Source: Octopus sinensis
Taxonomy: Eukaryota
Reading direction: 5' to 3'
NCBI RefSeq assembly: GCF_006345805.1
Contig: NW_021835007.1
Span: 1-43,823, forward strand
Length of the DNA: 43,823 nt
Shown: in pieces, positions 22,831 through 35,589 of the stretch
Layout: every line of letters begins with the position of its first letter
Position numbering within the stretch: the first letter of the stretch is position 1
Program-made: the position numbers and the translations under genes
Notes under the pieces: generated by a model
The model's database searches: none
What the model was told of the DNA's origin: nothing
Seen by the model: only the letters and a program-made list of their open reading frames with translations

Positions 22831-22899
22831 TTTCTGACATATTTCGTTGTTTTATTATTTGTTTATTGCTTTCTTTTTCCCCCCATTCTCTTTACGTAC

Positions 22900-23774
22900 G
22901 TTATCTACATGCATACATACGCGTATATACATGTAAATACATACACCATACACTCATACATGTATACATATGCAACAAAATATGTATATGTAGGTACCTT
23001 TATGGATGTGTTTGCGCATGCATGTGTGTGTGGGTGTGTGTGTGTGTGTGTATGTATATATATATATATATGTGTGTGTGTGTATTTATATATATACACG
23101 CACACACGTATATATATATATACGTGAATATATACATATAGACACATAGAGACACAAAGACACGCACAAAAAACACACATACACATGTATCCATACACGC
23201 ATGCACACAAATACACACACACACACACACACACACACGTACGGATACACACACGTGCACACACTCCTCTCAAGAATAGCTGAAAAGGAGAAATTTACTG
23301 CAGTTGCATCCTCAATTAACATATTTACATACACACAAACACACACTCCACATGCACGCACACAGACACTCACACACATATACACACAAAGGCACACACG
23401 CATACACACACAGAGACACACACAGACACACTCATATCAGAACACACTCAAACAGATACATGCGCAACCGACAATGCAGATATGCAAACACAAAGTGTGT
23501 ACATGTAAACAACTGCACACAAGAATATATATAGATACGAACATGTATCTATCTATCTATCTATATATATATATATATACATATATATTTATTTATATAT
23601 ATATATATAATATATATATATATACATGCATATAAATTCACACACACACACATAAATATATGTGTGTGTGTGTATGTGTGCATAAATAGGTACACGTACA
23701 TATATATGTGTATATATACATACATATATACATGTGTGTATATTAATATATATATATATATATGTGTGTGTGTG

Positions 23775-23818
<44 letters not shown>

Positions 23819-23866
23819 TATTTATTTATATATATATATATATGTACACACACACACATATATATA

Positions 23867-23930
<64 letters not shown>

Positions 23931-24925
23931 GTGTATATATTTATATATATGTATTCATCCAAGTAGAAATGCATTCATATACATGATTCAATGTGCATGA
24001 ATGCCCATATTCATTCAGGTATGGGAACATGCAGATAAGACGTCACGCACAGATACGTAAACAGGCGTGGGCGCTCAGGTACATGTATGCGTACATACAC
24101 CTATGCAAAACAACATTAAGACTGTGTGTATAATATGTATATGCAAACATGCACTCACAAAACATTCAGACACACATATACACACGCATCCAGATACAAA
24201 GACCTTTCACACAAACACCCACACACTATATATGTGTGTGTGTGTGAGTGTGCGTGTATATATATATATATATATATTTATATACATATGTGTGTATTTA
24301 TGTATGTATAAAACCCACATTGTGGAAGGAAACACAAAGAAGAGCAGCTTTGTCCAACATGCTACTTCATCAAAAACAGAAACGGTTCTGAAAGGAAAAA
24401 ATCAATCTCACTAAAGGTGGTGCTCCAGCATGGCCTTTGCATCTGGCTGAAACCATTAAAAGAAATATGAAACATGCATACATATATATATATATTATAT
24501 ATATTTTATGTGTGTGTGTGTGTGCTTAAGTAAGTATATATGTCTATGTATTTATATGTATATATATATATATGTATGTGTATGTATATATAACTTACAT
24601 ATAAATATATGTGCATCTATGTACATGTATGTATGTCCTTATAAGTGTACATGTGAATATGCGCGTGTATGTACAGATATATATATATGTGTGTGTGTGT
24701 GTGTATATATGTATGTTTGCATGTGTGAGTGTGTATGAGTATGTGTATGTGTATATATGAAAATATATACATGTACATATATATGACAATTACCTCTCAC
24801 TGGATGGAGCACTTTTTTGCTGATCCTACCTTAATATACATGTATTTATACTGTACATGCATGCATATATACATATACATGCACACATATACATTCATAC
24901 ATGTACACACATATACATACATGCA
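22900..24925. repeat. About 2 kb of mostly (TA)n/(CA)n/(TG)n microsatellite
   Basis: Direct inspection. Confidence 0.9.
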
Positions 24926-24927
24926 TA

Positions 24928-25443
24928 GCGTAAATCCTCGAGTATAATCTGCATTTTTTTCCCAAAATTTAAAGGTCAAAATCCTTAGTGCGTACTATAT
25001 ACGAGGTTAAAAATGAAAATTATTTTCTAAGCAATGTCCGCGTCTCTATTTGCTGTCCGGCAATGTTTATTCAAACGCATTTTGTGATGTCGGGCGCGAA
25101 AATACCTTGAACTAAGCCTGAAAGCAATGAAGTCATAAAAGAATCATCCATAACTTGCAGTAAGCAACATTTATTAAACGTTATTACTGTTATTTCTTCT
25201 TTATTTTCTGCAAACAAAATGCACAAAAAAGCTACACGTTTGCATTATGTTATATATACAATAATAATAAAGGACATTACTGTATACATTTTTACAAGCC
25301 AAGGACGTTATATAGACCTCCTTGACTCAAGTTAGAGAAGGGGTGCGTATTAATACACAAGGTTTAGGTTTTTCGGAAGTACAGCCCCCTAAAAATCCCC
25401 TGCGTATTATACTCAAGGGCAGACTATACTCGAGGATTTACAG
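24928..25443. mobile_element. Tc1/mariner-superfamily (pogo/Tigger-like) MITE with TA TSD
   Basis: TIRs of about 25 bp (gcgtaaatcctcgagtataatctgc / gcagactatactcgaggatttacag) flanked by TA at 24926 and 25444. Confidence 0.85.
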
Positions 25444-25532
25444 TACATACATACATATATAAAAATCCAGGTTAAATGTACACTACATATGTCTCTTGGC
25501 TTAGCAGAAGCTCGTAATGCAAGTTTAGTACT

Positions 25533-25956
25533 CTTTTACCCTTTTTAACTCTTTTACTTGTTCCAGTCATTTGACTGTGGCCATGCTGGAGCACCACCTT
25601 TAGTCGAGCAAATCGACCCCAGGACTTATTCTTTGGAAGCCTAGTACTTATTCTATCGGTCTCTTTTGCCGAACCGCTAAATTGCAGGGACGTAAACACA
25701 CCAGCATCGGTTGTCAAGCGATGTTGGGGTGGGGGGGACAAAAACAGACACAAGCATACACACACACACACACATACACATACATATATACGACGGGCTT
25801 ATTTCAGTTTCCGTGTACCAAATCCAGTCACAAGGCTTTGGTCGGCCTGAGGCTATAGTAGAAGACACTTGCCCAAGGTGCCAGTAAAAAAAAATTGTAA
25901 CTCATGATGCTAAGAAAGTATTAGCAGCTCTTATTTTGACACAGACTATACACAGT

Positions 25957-25995
<39 letters not shown>

Positions 25996-26200
25996 ACATT
26001 CTTTTATTCTTTAACTTGTTTCAGTCAATTGACTGTAGCCATGCTGGAGCACCGCCTTTAGTAGAACAAATTGATCCGAGGCCTTACTCTTTGTAAGCCT
26101 AGTACTTATTCTATTAGTCTCTTTTGCCAAACTGCTGAGTTACAGGGACATAAACACACCAACATCAGTTGTCAAGCGATGGTGGGGACAAACACAGACA
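25533..26200 (-). mobile_element. Two partial SINE family B copies (25533-25883 and about 25995-26200)
   Basis: Family B tail and body; heads truncated. Confidence 0.8.
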
Positions 26201-26213
26201 TACAAGCATACAC

Positions 26214-26255
<42 letters not shown>

Positions 26256-26444
26256 TTGTTACTGGTGTCATGTAAATGCCAGTGGCACATAAAAGTACCC
26301 ATTACACTCCTGGATTGGTTGGTGTTAAGGAGAGCATCCAGCTGTAGAAACTGTACCAAATGAGTCTGGAACCTGGTGCTGCTCTCTGGCTCATCAGCTC
26401 CAGTCAAACCATCTAACTCATGCTGGCATGGAAAGCAGAAGCTA

Positions 26445-26814
26445 AAGAAGAGCTCTCAGAGAGCACAAGCTTCCGCCAAGGCAACACCAACATTCTCCAA
26501 TGAGTAGCCGGAGATGGTTTTTAAAATGAGGATATCTGAAATAAACTTGACTGCTCTCACAAATGAGATTGCTAAATATGAACCCAACCCTCTCAAAAAA
26601 TTAAGTAAAAAGAAGGGAAAAATAATCCGGAATCCTTGTCCGATACCAGATCGATCCCCAAATCTAATCAGTTCATGCCATCCACGAGGCCAAACATCTT
26701 TGAAAGTTTCATCGGAATCCATCCAGTGGTTCTTGAGATATCTTGTCCACAGACAAAAAACAAAACAAACACAACTGAAAACAATACCTCCACCTTTGCT
26801 AAAGCGGAGGTAAT
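26445..26814 (-). mobile_element. Non-autonomous Helentron/DINE-1-like (HINE-type) element
   Basis: Minus strand begins ttacctccgctttagcaaaggtggagg (hairpin) followed by a TTTG-rich tract, and ends ccttggcggaag...gctctctgagagc (subterminal IR plus stem-loop). This architecture is typical of HINEs. Confidence 0.6.
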
Positions 26815-26904
26815 GATGATGATGATGATGATGATGATGATATACATACATATATAATATCTATCTTTCTATGTATCTATCATTCTATTGTTTATCTTTT
26901 ACTC

Positions 26905-27330
26905 CTTTTATCATTTGCTTGTTCCACTCATTAAACTGTGGCCATGCTGGGGCACCATCTTGAAGAATTTTAAGTCAAATGAGTCAACCCCAGCACTTAT
27001 TATTTTCTTAAGCCTGCTACTTATTCTATAAGTTTCTTTTTGCCAAACTGCTAAGTTATAGGAACACAAACACACCGACACCGTTTGTCAAGCGGTAGTG
27101 GGGGACAAACACAGAAACAAAGACACACTCATACACATATGTATATATATATATATGTGTGTGTGTATATATGTATGCATAGAAAAGGCTTCTTTCAGTT
27201 TCCATATGCCAAATCCTTTCACAAGGCTTTGGTTAGCCCAAGGCTATAGTAAAAGACACTAGCCTAAGGTGCCATGCAGTGGGACTGAACCTAGAACCAT
27301 GTGGTTGGGAAGCAAGCTTCTGACCACAAA
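26905..27330 (-). mobile_element. Diverged SINE family B
   Basis: Family B motifs throughout. Confidence 0.8.
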
Positions 27331-27464
27331 ACATAACACACACACACACGTATGTATGTATGTATGTATGTATGTATGTATGTATGTATGTATGTATGTA
27401 TGTATGTATGTATGTACGTACGTATGTATGTATGTGTGTATGTTTGTAAGTATGTATGTATATA

Positions 27465-27980
27465 CAGGATGTCACCAAAAAATGTATATATATGTTATAT
27501 GACCATAAAGTCAGTGTTTATTAAATTATATTTCATTTTCCAAATTTAATAGAATCTACAGACAGAATTTCAAACTTTTATGTTTGCCTATTCTCAAACT
27601 GATGACCATTCTGGTCATGTACAGCTGATAATCAGAAGCAATGGAATCACAAACATCAAGGAACATTTCATTTGGTTTTCTCGTTCAGTGGCTGACTTCA
27701 ATTCATACACTGTTACTGGTTTTATATTGCAAACGTTATCTTTTAAGTATACTCATAAAAAAGTCTCATGGAGTGAGGTCTGGGGAGCATGGAGGATTTC
27801 TGCTGAACCTCTTCACTCAATCCAGCAGTTTGGCAAAATCTCATCAAAGTGGGCCCTTACATGACTGTGGTAGTGTGGAGGGTGCACCGTTTTTCTGGAA
27901 ATAAAACTCCACATCTTCAAAGTCTTCTTCAATGCTTAGCATATCAGACAGTCACAGAAAGTTGAAGTAATAACTCTACT
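27465..27980 (-). pseudogene. Tc1/mariner-type transposase 3' remnant with right TIR
   Basis: Minus strand encodes YFQKNGAP, PPCSPDLTP*DFF, KDNVCNIKP..ELK and DQNGHQFE. The terminus TA|CAGGATGTCACC lies at 27463. Confidence 0.75.
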
Positions 27981-28254
27981 CAAAAAAGAAATGAAAAGAA
28001 AAAGAATGGTCCAGTTAATCCTTTTGATGATAAGCTGCTCCTTATTGTAACTCCTGGTAAATTAACATGATGTTCTTCTGTAATATCTGTATTCTCCGGC
28101 TTCAGTAGGGGCAATTGTGGGGTTAATTTAGTTTTTACTTGTTTCACTTGTTGGACTGTGGTCATGCCAGGGCTCTGCCTTGTAGGGTTTAGTCGAAGAA
28201 ATCAAGCCCAGTACTTATTTATCTTTTAAGGCCTGGTATTTCTTCTATCTAAAA

Positions 28255-28487
28255 GGCGGCTAGCTGGCAGAAACGTTAGCATGCCAGGCGAAATGCTTTG
28301 TGGTATTTCATCCGCCACTGCGTTCTGAGTTCAAATTCCACCGAGGTCAACTTTGCCTTTCATCCTTTCGGGGTCGATAAATTAAGCACCAGTTACGCAC
28401 TGGGGTCGATGTAATCGACTTAATCTGTTCGTCTGTCCTTATTTGTCCCCTCTGTGTTTAGCCCCTTGTGGGTAGTAAAGAAATAGG
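28255..28487 (+). mobile_element. SINE family N nested inside a family B copy, TSD of about 15 bp
   Basis: ggtatttcttctatc (28235-28249) / ggtatttattctatc (28486-28500). Family B sequence continues on both sides. Confidence 0.8.
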
Positions 28488-28599
28488 TATTTATTCTATC
28501 AGTTTCTTATTGCTGAAATGCTAAGTTATGGGGATGTAAACAAACCAACACTTATCAAGAGGTGGTAAGCAGCAAATATATAGACAAAAACATACATTT

Positions 28600-28870
28600 C
28601 CGGTGGATGATGTTCATGGCAAATCTTCCAGATCGCTCATTATTTCCCAGGGATTTTAGTCTACTTTTGAAATGCTCATGCCACTCAAAACTTTGTGAAT
28701 GACCCATTGACTTGTTGCTGTAAGCCTGCTGAAGCATGCTCAATATCTCTGCAGCAGACTTCCCAAACTTAAGGCCAAATTTCATATTGATCCTTTTGTT
28801 CCAACTTCCTGTCTATGACACAACCGCAGACACCAGCATGCGTGTGATCAGAAACACACAAATTTCACAA
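28600..28870 (-). pseudogene. Mariner transposase N-terminal HTH remnant
   Basis: RINMKFGLKFGKSAAEILSMLQQAYSNKSMGHSQSFEWHEHFKSRLKSLGNNERSGR resembles the mariner pattern IKFCVKLGKSATE...AYG...VFEWHKRF...EDDERSGRP. Confidence 0.75.
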
Positions 28871-29428
28871 CTTTCGGGTCAATAAATTAAGTACCAGTTG
28901 CGTACTGGGCATAGATCTAATTGACTGCCCCCCCCCTCCCACGAAATTTCAGGTCTTGTGCCTTTTGTAGAAAGGATTAGTTTTGAAGCTTAGGTCAACA
29001 CTGGCTGTGCATGTTTATGATTGATGAAAGGCATTCTAGTAACAACTATTCCATCTGTTTCTTGGTCTCTGGCATAATATATTCATCACTACTTTATGCA
29101 GTGTGTGTTTCTCATGTATAAATATAAATGCTTCTGTTAAAGTGTAATATAAGGGAGATTTGGATGCTATTTCTCACAGATCATGTGACCATGTTGAGGT
29201 ATCCTCATTGGCTTGATTAATTACGAAATAATATAATATAGAAGATAATTTGGTTAACATTTTATATCTAGAAACACACAGTTAATGGGTTACAATACAC
29301 ACAAATACACGTCTGTGTGTGTGTGTATGTGTGGATATATGTATATGTATATATAGGTTTTACACATTGTATATATATCATGTATTTATCTATCCACCTA
29401 TCTATCTTAAATACATATATATATATAT

Positions 29429-29474
<46 letters not shown>

Positions 29475-29879
29475 GCAGGCATGGATGTGTGGTTAAGAAG
29501 CCTGTGTTGCAACCACATGGTTTTGGGTTCAGTCCCACAGCATGGTACTTTGAGCATTTTCTACTTTAGCTCTAGGCCAACCAATGCCTTGTGAGTGAAT
29601 TTGGTTGATGGAAACTGGGGGAAGCTCTTCATTTGTATGTTGTATATGTGTATTTGTGTCCCATTTTCTCCTGTAACCATTTGACTATCAGAAGTGGGGG
29701 TTGCTTACATCCTCATAACTTAGTAGTCAGCAAAAGAAAGTGATAGAGTAAAATGCCAGACTTTAGAAAAGACACAAGTACTAGGGCAATTTGTTTGACC
29801 CAAAACCTGTCATGTCAGTGCCCCAGCATGGCCACAGTCCAATGAATGAAACATGTAAATAAGTCCCCTGACTGGCTCT

Positions 29880-30190
29880 TGTTCTGGTGGCACATAAAAT
29901 GCATCATCTAAACGTGGTTCATGCCAGTGTCCCCTGACTGGCACCCATGCCAATGATACATAAAAGCACTATCCGAACGTGATCAATGCCAGGCTTACCT
30001 CTCTGGGTCCTATCTGGCAAGTAAAAAGCACCCACTACACCTTCGGAGTGGTTGGCGTTAGGAAGGGCATTCAGCTGTAGAAACTCTGCCAGATCACATC
30101 TCTCCAGACATCCGTCAAACCGTCCAACCCATGCCAGCATGGAAAACGGACGTTAAACGATGATGATAATGATGATGATGATGATGATGA
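29880..30190 (+). mobile_element. RTE-like tail element (family C); further copies at about 26255-26445, 33395-33636, 34215-34540, 40575-40820 (+) and 42184-42545 (-)
   Basis: Shared tggttggcgttaggaagggcatccagctgtagaaac...ccatgctagcatggaaagcggacgttaaa plus a (TGA)n tail. The RTE/RTEX assignment is from memory. Confidence 0.65.
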
Positions 30191-30199
30191 TACTGATGA

Positions 30200-30439
30200 T
30201 ATATTGTGTATATATATATATATGTATGTATATATATATATATATATATACACACATGCATATATGTGTGTGTGCATGTGTGTGTCTACATATATATACA
30301 TATAAATATGTGTATATATATGTATGTGTGTATTATTTTCATCATCATAATTTTATATTTGCTTTCCTTGTTGGCATGGTTTGGATGGTTCAACAAGATC
30401 TAATGGTTTGGAGCAACATGTTATACTGTATATATATAC

Positions 30440-30524
<85 letters not shown>

Positions 30525-31050
30525 TAGTATATATATTATATATATATATATATATATATGAACCACCAACATGTATACATATATACATTTACACAAAGAT
30601 GCTCACACATGTGATCAAACACACCACAAATGCACATACACTCAACACTGCTACATGTAGACACACACACGCACACTTGTACACCCACACATATCCATTC
30701 AAACATGCTCACCTACATACATACAGCTATCTCTCTCTTTGTATGTATGTTTGTATGTCTGTCAGTATGTATGTATGTTTGTATCAATCTATTTATCTAT
30801 CTTTCTATAAATATATATACATGTGTCTGTGTGTGATAAACATACATACTTACATACATACATGCATATATATATATATATATATATATATGTATACACA
30901 TACACACATTATTATTATATATACATGTATATGTGTGTGATGTGTGTGTTCGTTGAGTGTATATATGTGTATGTAAATATGTATGTATGTATAGATATAC
31001 ACACACACACACCACACATATATATATACTTAGGTAGATAGGGTAGATAG

Positions 31051-31088
<38 letters not shown>

Positions 31089-31169
31089 CATATATATACA
31101 TATATACCATATATATGTATATATATATATATATATATGCATATATATATATATACATATATAGATATC

Positions 31170-31260
<91 letters not shown>

Positions 31261-31368
31261 ATATATATTATATATATATATGTATATATATACCTATATA
31301 TATATATATAATTCTATCTACCCTATCTACCTAAGTATCCTCTCTCCTTCTCTCTCTCTCTCTCTCTC

Positions 31369-31400
<32 letters not shown>

Positions 31401-32576
31401 ATGTGTGTGCACCCACAGACACACACAGACACACACACACACACACACCACACACACACACAACACACTCACACACACACACACACACACACACACATGG
31501 TGACTGACAGTCAGAGAGCGAGTGAGAGAGAGGAGCTTGCCAGCTCACACATTCCATGACAATATGTTAATACATAGACATACATATATATTTATACACA
31601 TATGTATGTATGTATAGGTACACAGCTTGTTCTAGATTGTTCTGGGGGATCCAATGCTGTTCACCGCAATATCTAATATTGATTAATGACGAAGAAGACG
31701 ACCATTATTTCCCAGGTTCTGTCTGTGTGTCACACTTCTATTTGTTTTCTATTTTTTTTTTCTTAATGGTTCACTCACAGACACATACTCACACATAAAC
31801 AAACACACACACACACACACAGACACACACTAAATACTCACCCACACACACTTTCACACACACAAACATAGACATGCACACAAACAAAGAAACATATATA
31901 TGTATGTGTGTGTATATGTGTATATACACACACACATACACACACACACACTCACTCACATATATACATTGAAATACACATATACTTAAATAGAAATATA
32001 TACTCACACACAATCACATACATACACAGAAAAACATATTTATCTACACATTCATACACATATGTACACACACGTGCACACACACACACACACACACGCA
32101 TACACATACATGCATACACACACACACACAAACACAGAAATGTATATTCATATACATACATTCATACATACAAATACAATCATGCCCACATACAAAAGCA
32201 TAAATATGCATTCATACACATACACTCACACACATATACACAAACACACACACTCACACACACACAGAAATACAAATACACACCCACATACACACACTGC
32301 ATGCATTCACTCCTATTGGGTGAATGTGTGTGTGAAGATATGTGTATGTATGCCTATACACACACACACATACACACATACACACACATTATTATCTCTC
32401 CTTCTCTATCTCTCTCTTACACACTCTCTTTCTCTCATGCTCTCTCTCTCACACTCTCTCTCACACACACACTCTCTCTCTCTCTTTCCCTCTCTCTCCT
32501 CTTTTCTTCTCTCTCTCTTTATATATATAAATATATATATATATTATATTATATATATATTTATTATTATATTATA

Positions 32577-32609
<33 letters not shown>

Positions 32610-32615
32610 ATATAG
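30200..32615. repeat. About 2.4 kb of mostly (TA)n/(CA)n/(CT)n microsatellite
   Basis: Direct inspection. Confidence 0.9.
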
Positions 32616-33649
32616 GTACAGGGGCGTTGCTGTGTGGTAAGAAGCTTGCTTCCCAACCACGTGGTTCCAGTTTCAGCCCCACTGCATGGCTGCATGGCAT
32701 CTCTCCGGCAAGTCTCTGGCAAGTCTCGGCAAGTGACCATGAAGAGAAGGCCAGGAAATATCAGAGAGGAGAAACAAAAGGACGAAGAGTAGAATCTTCT
32801 CTTCATGTTCACTTTCCCTTCTCTTTCACTTCACTGTGTCTCTTTCATTTTATTCTCACCCTTCTTCAATTCTTTTATCTCTCTGCCTCCTGACTGGCGT
32901 TCGGCCAGGCCTGACCATTCTTTCTTGGTTCAACTACCATCCGTGCAACATCTATATTCCTCCCTGTGCCTGTTAAATCTTATGACTCTGCCATAAGGCT
33001 TTACTTCAACACACGCCAGCTTAATTTAATTCGTCCTTAGTCGAAAGACACCTGTTGTTATGTCCAGTTAATTGCATTTGTATTTGTGCAACATTTCTCT
33101 GCTTTTTTTCCGTCCTTGTTTTCGTATACATTTGCAGCTTTCTTCCAAAGAATCCAATGCTCTTAGCTTAGTTTTTCCTTGGGGCTGGCCAAATTGGAGC
33201 AATCTTGAATATAACCAGCTGAAATTGCAAAGATAATCAGGAACTCGACTGGGGATAGAAAACTCCGAATGACTCATCCTTGTTTTCTTTGTATCATCTG
33301 TCTGGATGTTTTGTTGTCCCTTTTTTGTATCCTGTCCTTTTTTGTATCCTCTAACTGTCTGGATGTTTTGCGTTCTTGTCCCATTTTTTATGTTGCACCA
33401 TCCGTTCGTGGCCGTTGCCAGCTCTGTCTGGCACCTGTGCGGGTGGCACGTAAAAAGCAACCACTACACTCACAGAGTGGTTGGCGTTAGGAATGGCAAT
33501 CCAGCCGTAGAACACTGCCAGATTTGACTGGGCCTGATGAAGCCTTCTGGCTTCACAGACCCCAGTAGAACCGTCCCAACCCATGCTAGCATGGAAAGCG
33601 GACGCTAAACGATGATGATGATGATGATGATGATGATATATATTTATAT

Positions 33650-34167
33650 ATTAGAAATATTGAATTTCTAAATGTCTCAAAGAGACATGAGCGGTGGTGG
33701 AGCAATAGAGTGGTTGTATACTGTCAACATAACGTGACAGTCCTGTAAAGGGAATTACACCACTGCTATATAGCCCAAGGAAGCATCGACACTTCCTGTC
33801 GGCTTTGACACATTTCCTGTGTCATAAGATTTGCAAAGGAGGACATTTAGAAATTCAATATTTCTAATTACGGTGACCAGTGAATAGATTTCTCTGTAAA
33901 TATATATATTTGCAAAGGCTTGGCAGGTATCTTCGCTAGCGCTAGCGGGACTTGCTACCCTGGACTGATGACGGGCAAGACCCAGAAACATGCATGTCTT
34001 CAGGTTGCTAGTCCTAGCTGGTGGGGGTGCTTGCCTCCCCTTTGCAAATATAAGGAGACAGGAAATGTGTCAAAGCCGACAGGAAGTGTCGATGCTTCCT
34101 AGGACTAAATAGTGGTGGTGTAATTCCCTTTACGGGACTGTCATGTTATGTTGACATTATACAACCA

Positions 34168-34171
<4 letters not shown>
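33650..34171 (+). mobile_element. Fold-back, hammerhead-bearing non-autonomous element (Penelope-like or retrozyme-like)
   Basis: Inverted arms 33707-33842 / 34034-34171, a second inverted pair 33650-33676 / 33842-33868, and a central hammerhead motif. Confidence 0.7.
33959..34004 (+). ncRNA. Minimal type I hammerhead ribozyme
   Basis: Stem I CCUGGA/UUCAGG, core CUGAUGA (33965-33971), stem II GGG-caaga-CCC with a C.A mismatch at its base, GAAA, palindromic stem III ACAUGCAUGU, and GUC cleavage triplet at 33996-33998. Confidence 0.8.
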
Positions 34172-34211
<40 letters not shown>

Positions 34212-34566
34212 CCAGCCTCATCGGCACTCTGTGTCGTGGCACCTAAAAAACACCATCCGAGCGTGGCCGTCTGCCAGCCTCGTCTGGCACCTGTGTCGGT
34301 GCACATAAAAACACCATCCGAGCGTGCCGTTCGCCAGCCTCGTCTGGCACCTGTGTCGGTGGCACATAAAATCACCCACTACACTCTCGAGTGGTTGGCG
34401 TTAGAAGGGCATCCAGCTGTAGAAACACTGCCAGATCTGACTGGCCTGGCGCAGCCTCGGGCTCCCCAGACCCCAGCTGAACCGTCCACCCATGCTAGCA
34501 TGGAAAGCGGACGTTAAATGATGATGATGATGATGATGATGATATATATATATATATAATATATTG

Positions 34567-34922
34567 TATTAAGTTTCAGTCCAAGGGCCGCGACCATGCT
34601 GGAGCACCACCGTTTACTTTGCTGCACTTTCATTAAACCTCCTCTGATGTCTAACATTTGGTGGATGAGACAAGTTTGACGATACTACCTCCATCTGTGC
34701 CTCTTGCCTTGATGTAGGTTCGTCCAGAACTCTTGACAGTAGGAGACCCAGTTTTGTTTTGAAAAAGCCTACATCCATGCCATGCAGGTCTCTCAGGCTT
34801 TATGGGAGAATATTGAAGAGTTGTGGACCTTTAAAACCCAAGCTGTTGCAGTATCTGGTTCGATATCCTGATAGCAATGCTGAGGTTTTTGGTACTATGC
34901 AGTGGCACTCCATCCTGCCATT
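34567..34922 (-). mobile_element. 3' end of a CR1/L2-group LINE (ORF2 C-terminus plus 3' UTR)
   Basis: Encodes RTRYCNSLGFKGPQLFNILP*SLRDLHGMDVGFFKTKLGLLLSRVLDEP, which matches the typical GPRLFNxLP...FKxKLDxxL...PDEP tail. It ends ggtggtgctccagcatggtcgcgg...gactgaaact. Confidence 0.7.
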
Positions 34923-34958
34923 ATATATAATATAATATAATATAATATATATAATATA

Positions 34959-35013
<55 letters not shown>

Positions 35014-35021
35014 CAGTAAGG

Positions 35022-35074
35022 TCTTACTGATGAAGGGTATGGAAATAGCTGAAACTGGATGTTCAGTCTCAGGA
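35022..35074 (+). ncRNA. Degenerate type I hammerhead motif
   Basis: CUGAUGA (35027), imperfect stem II, GAAAC (35051), stem III ACUGGA-ug-UUCAGU and GUC (35066-35068). Stem I is only partly paired. Confidence 0.5.
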
Positions 35075-35369
35075 ATTCTCGAGTCAGTGTTTTTAGTGAT
35101 TGCAGCCCCTGTCAGTATATACGTATATATTTATGTGCTTTTCCTACAACTTTAGGAGCATTTTAGCCCTTATTTCTAGCAATGTAGATGTCTTGACACC
35201 CTAAGCCACATTTAGTGATGATTGTATTAATCCTTTATGTATCACGTTGCACATTGCTATTTATATTTATTTTTGTATATATATATATATTTTCATCTAG
35301 TATCAGCTCACGAGCTGCGGCCATGCTGGGGCACCGCCATTATACATATATATATATATATACTTTATT

Positions 35370-35589
35370 TAAAAGCAGCAGATATATAACAAAAGCTGTT
35401 ACTCAGAGTTTCATGTTCTCGTTCGGCAGACTGTTTTTTTAACAAAACTGTCTGACGAATGGGAACGTGAAACTCTGAGTAACAGCTTTTGTTATATATC
35501 TGCTGCTTTTAGATAAAAGCATATTACTCTATCTCTGGTATTCCAGTACTCTTTTTTCCACAATGTTTCACATTTATGTGTTTACTCCA

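Noticed and set aside
27595-27620. CTGATGA plus a hairpin
   Set aside because: It lies within mariner coding sequence and has no GAAA.
33530-33560. CTGATGA plus the hairpin tgaagcc/ggcttca
   Set aside because: It is part of the family C tail element and has no GAAA or stem III.
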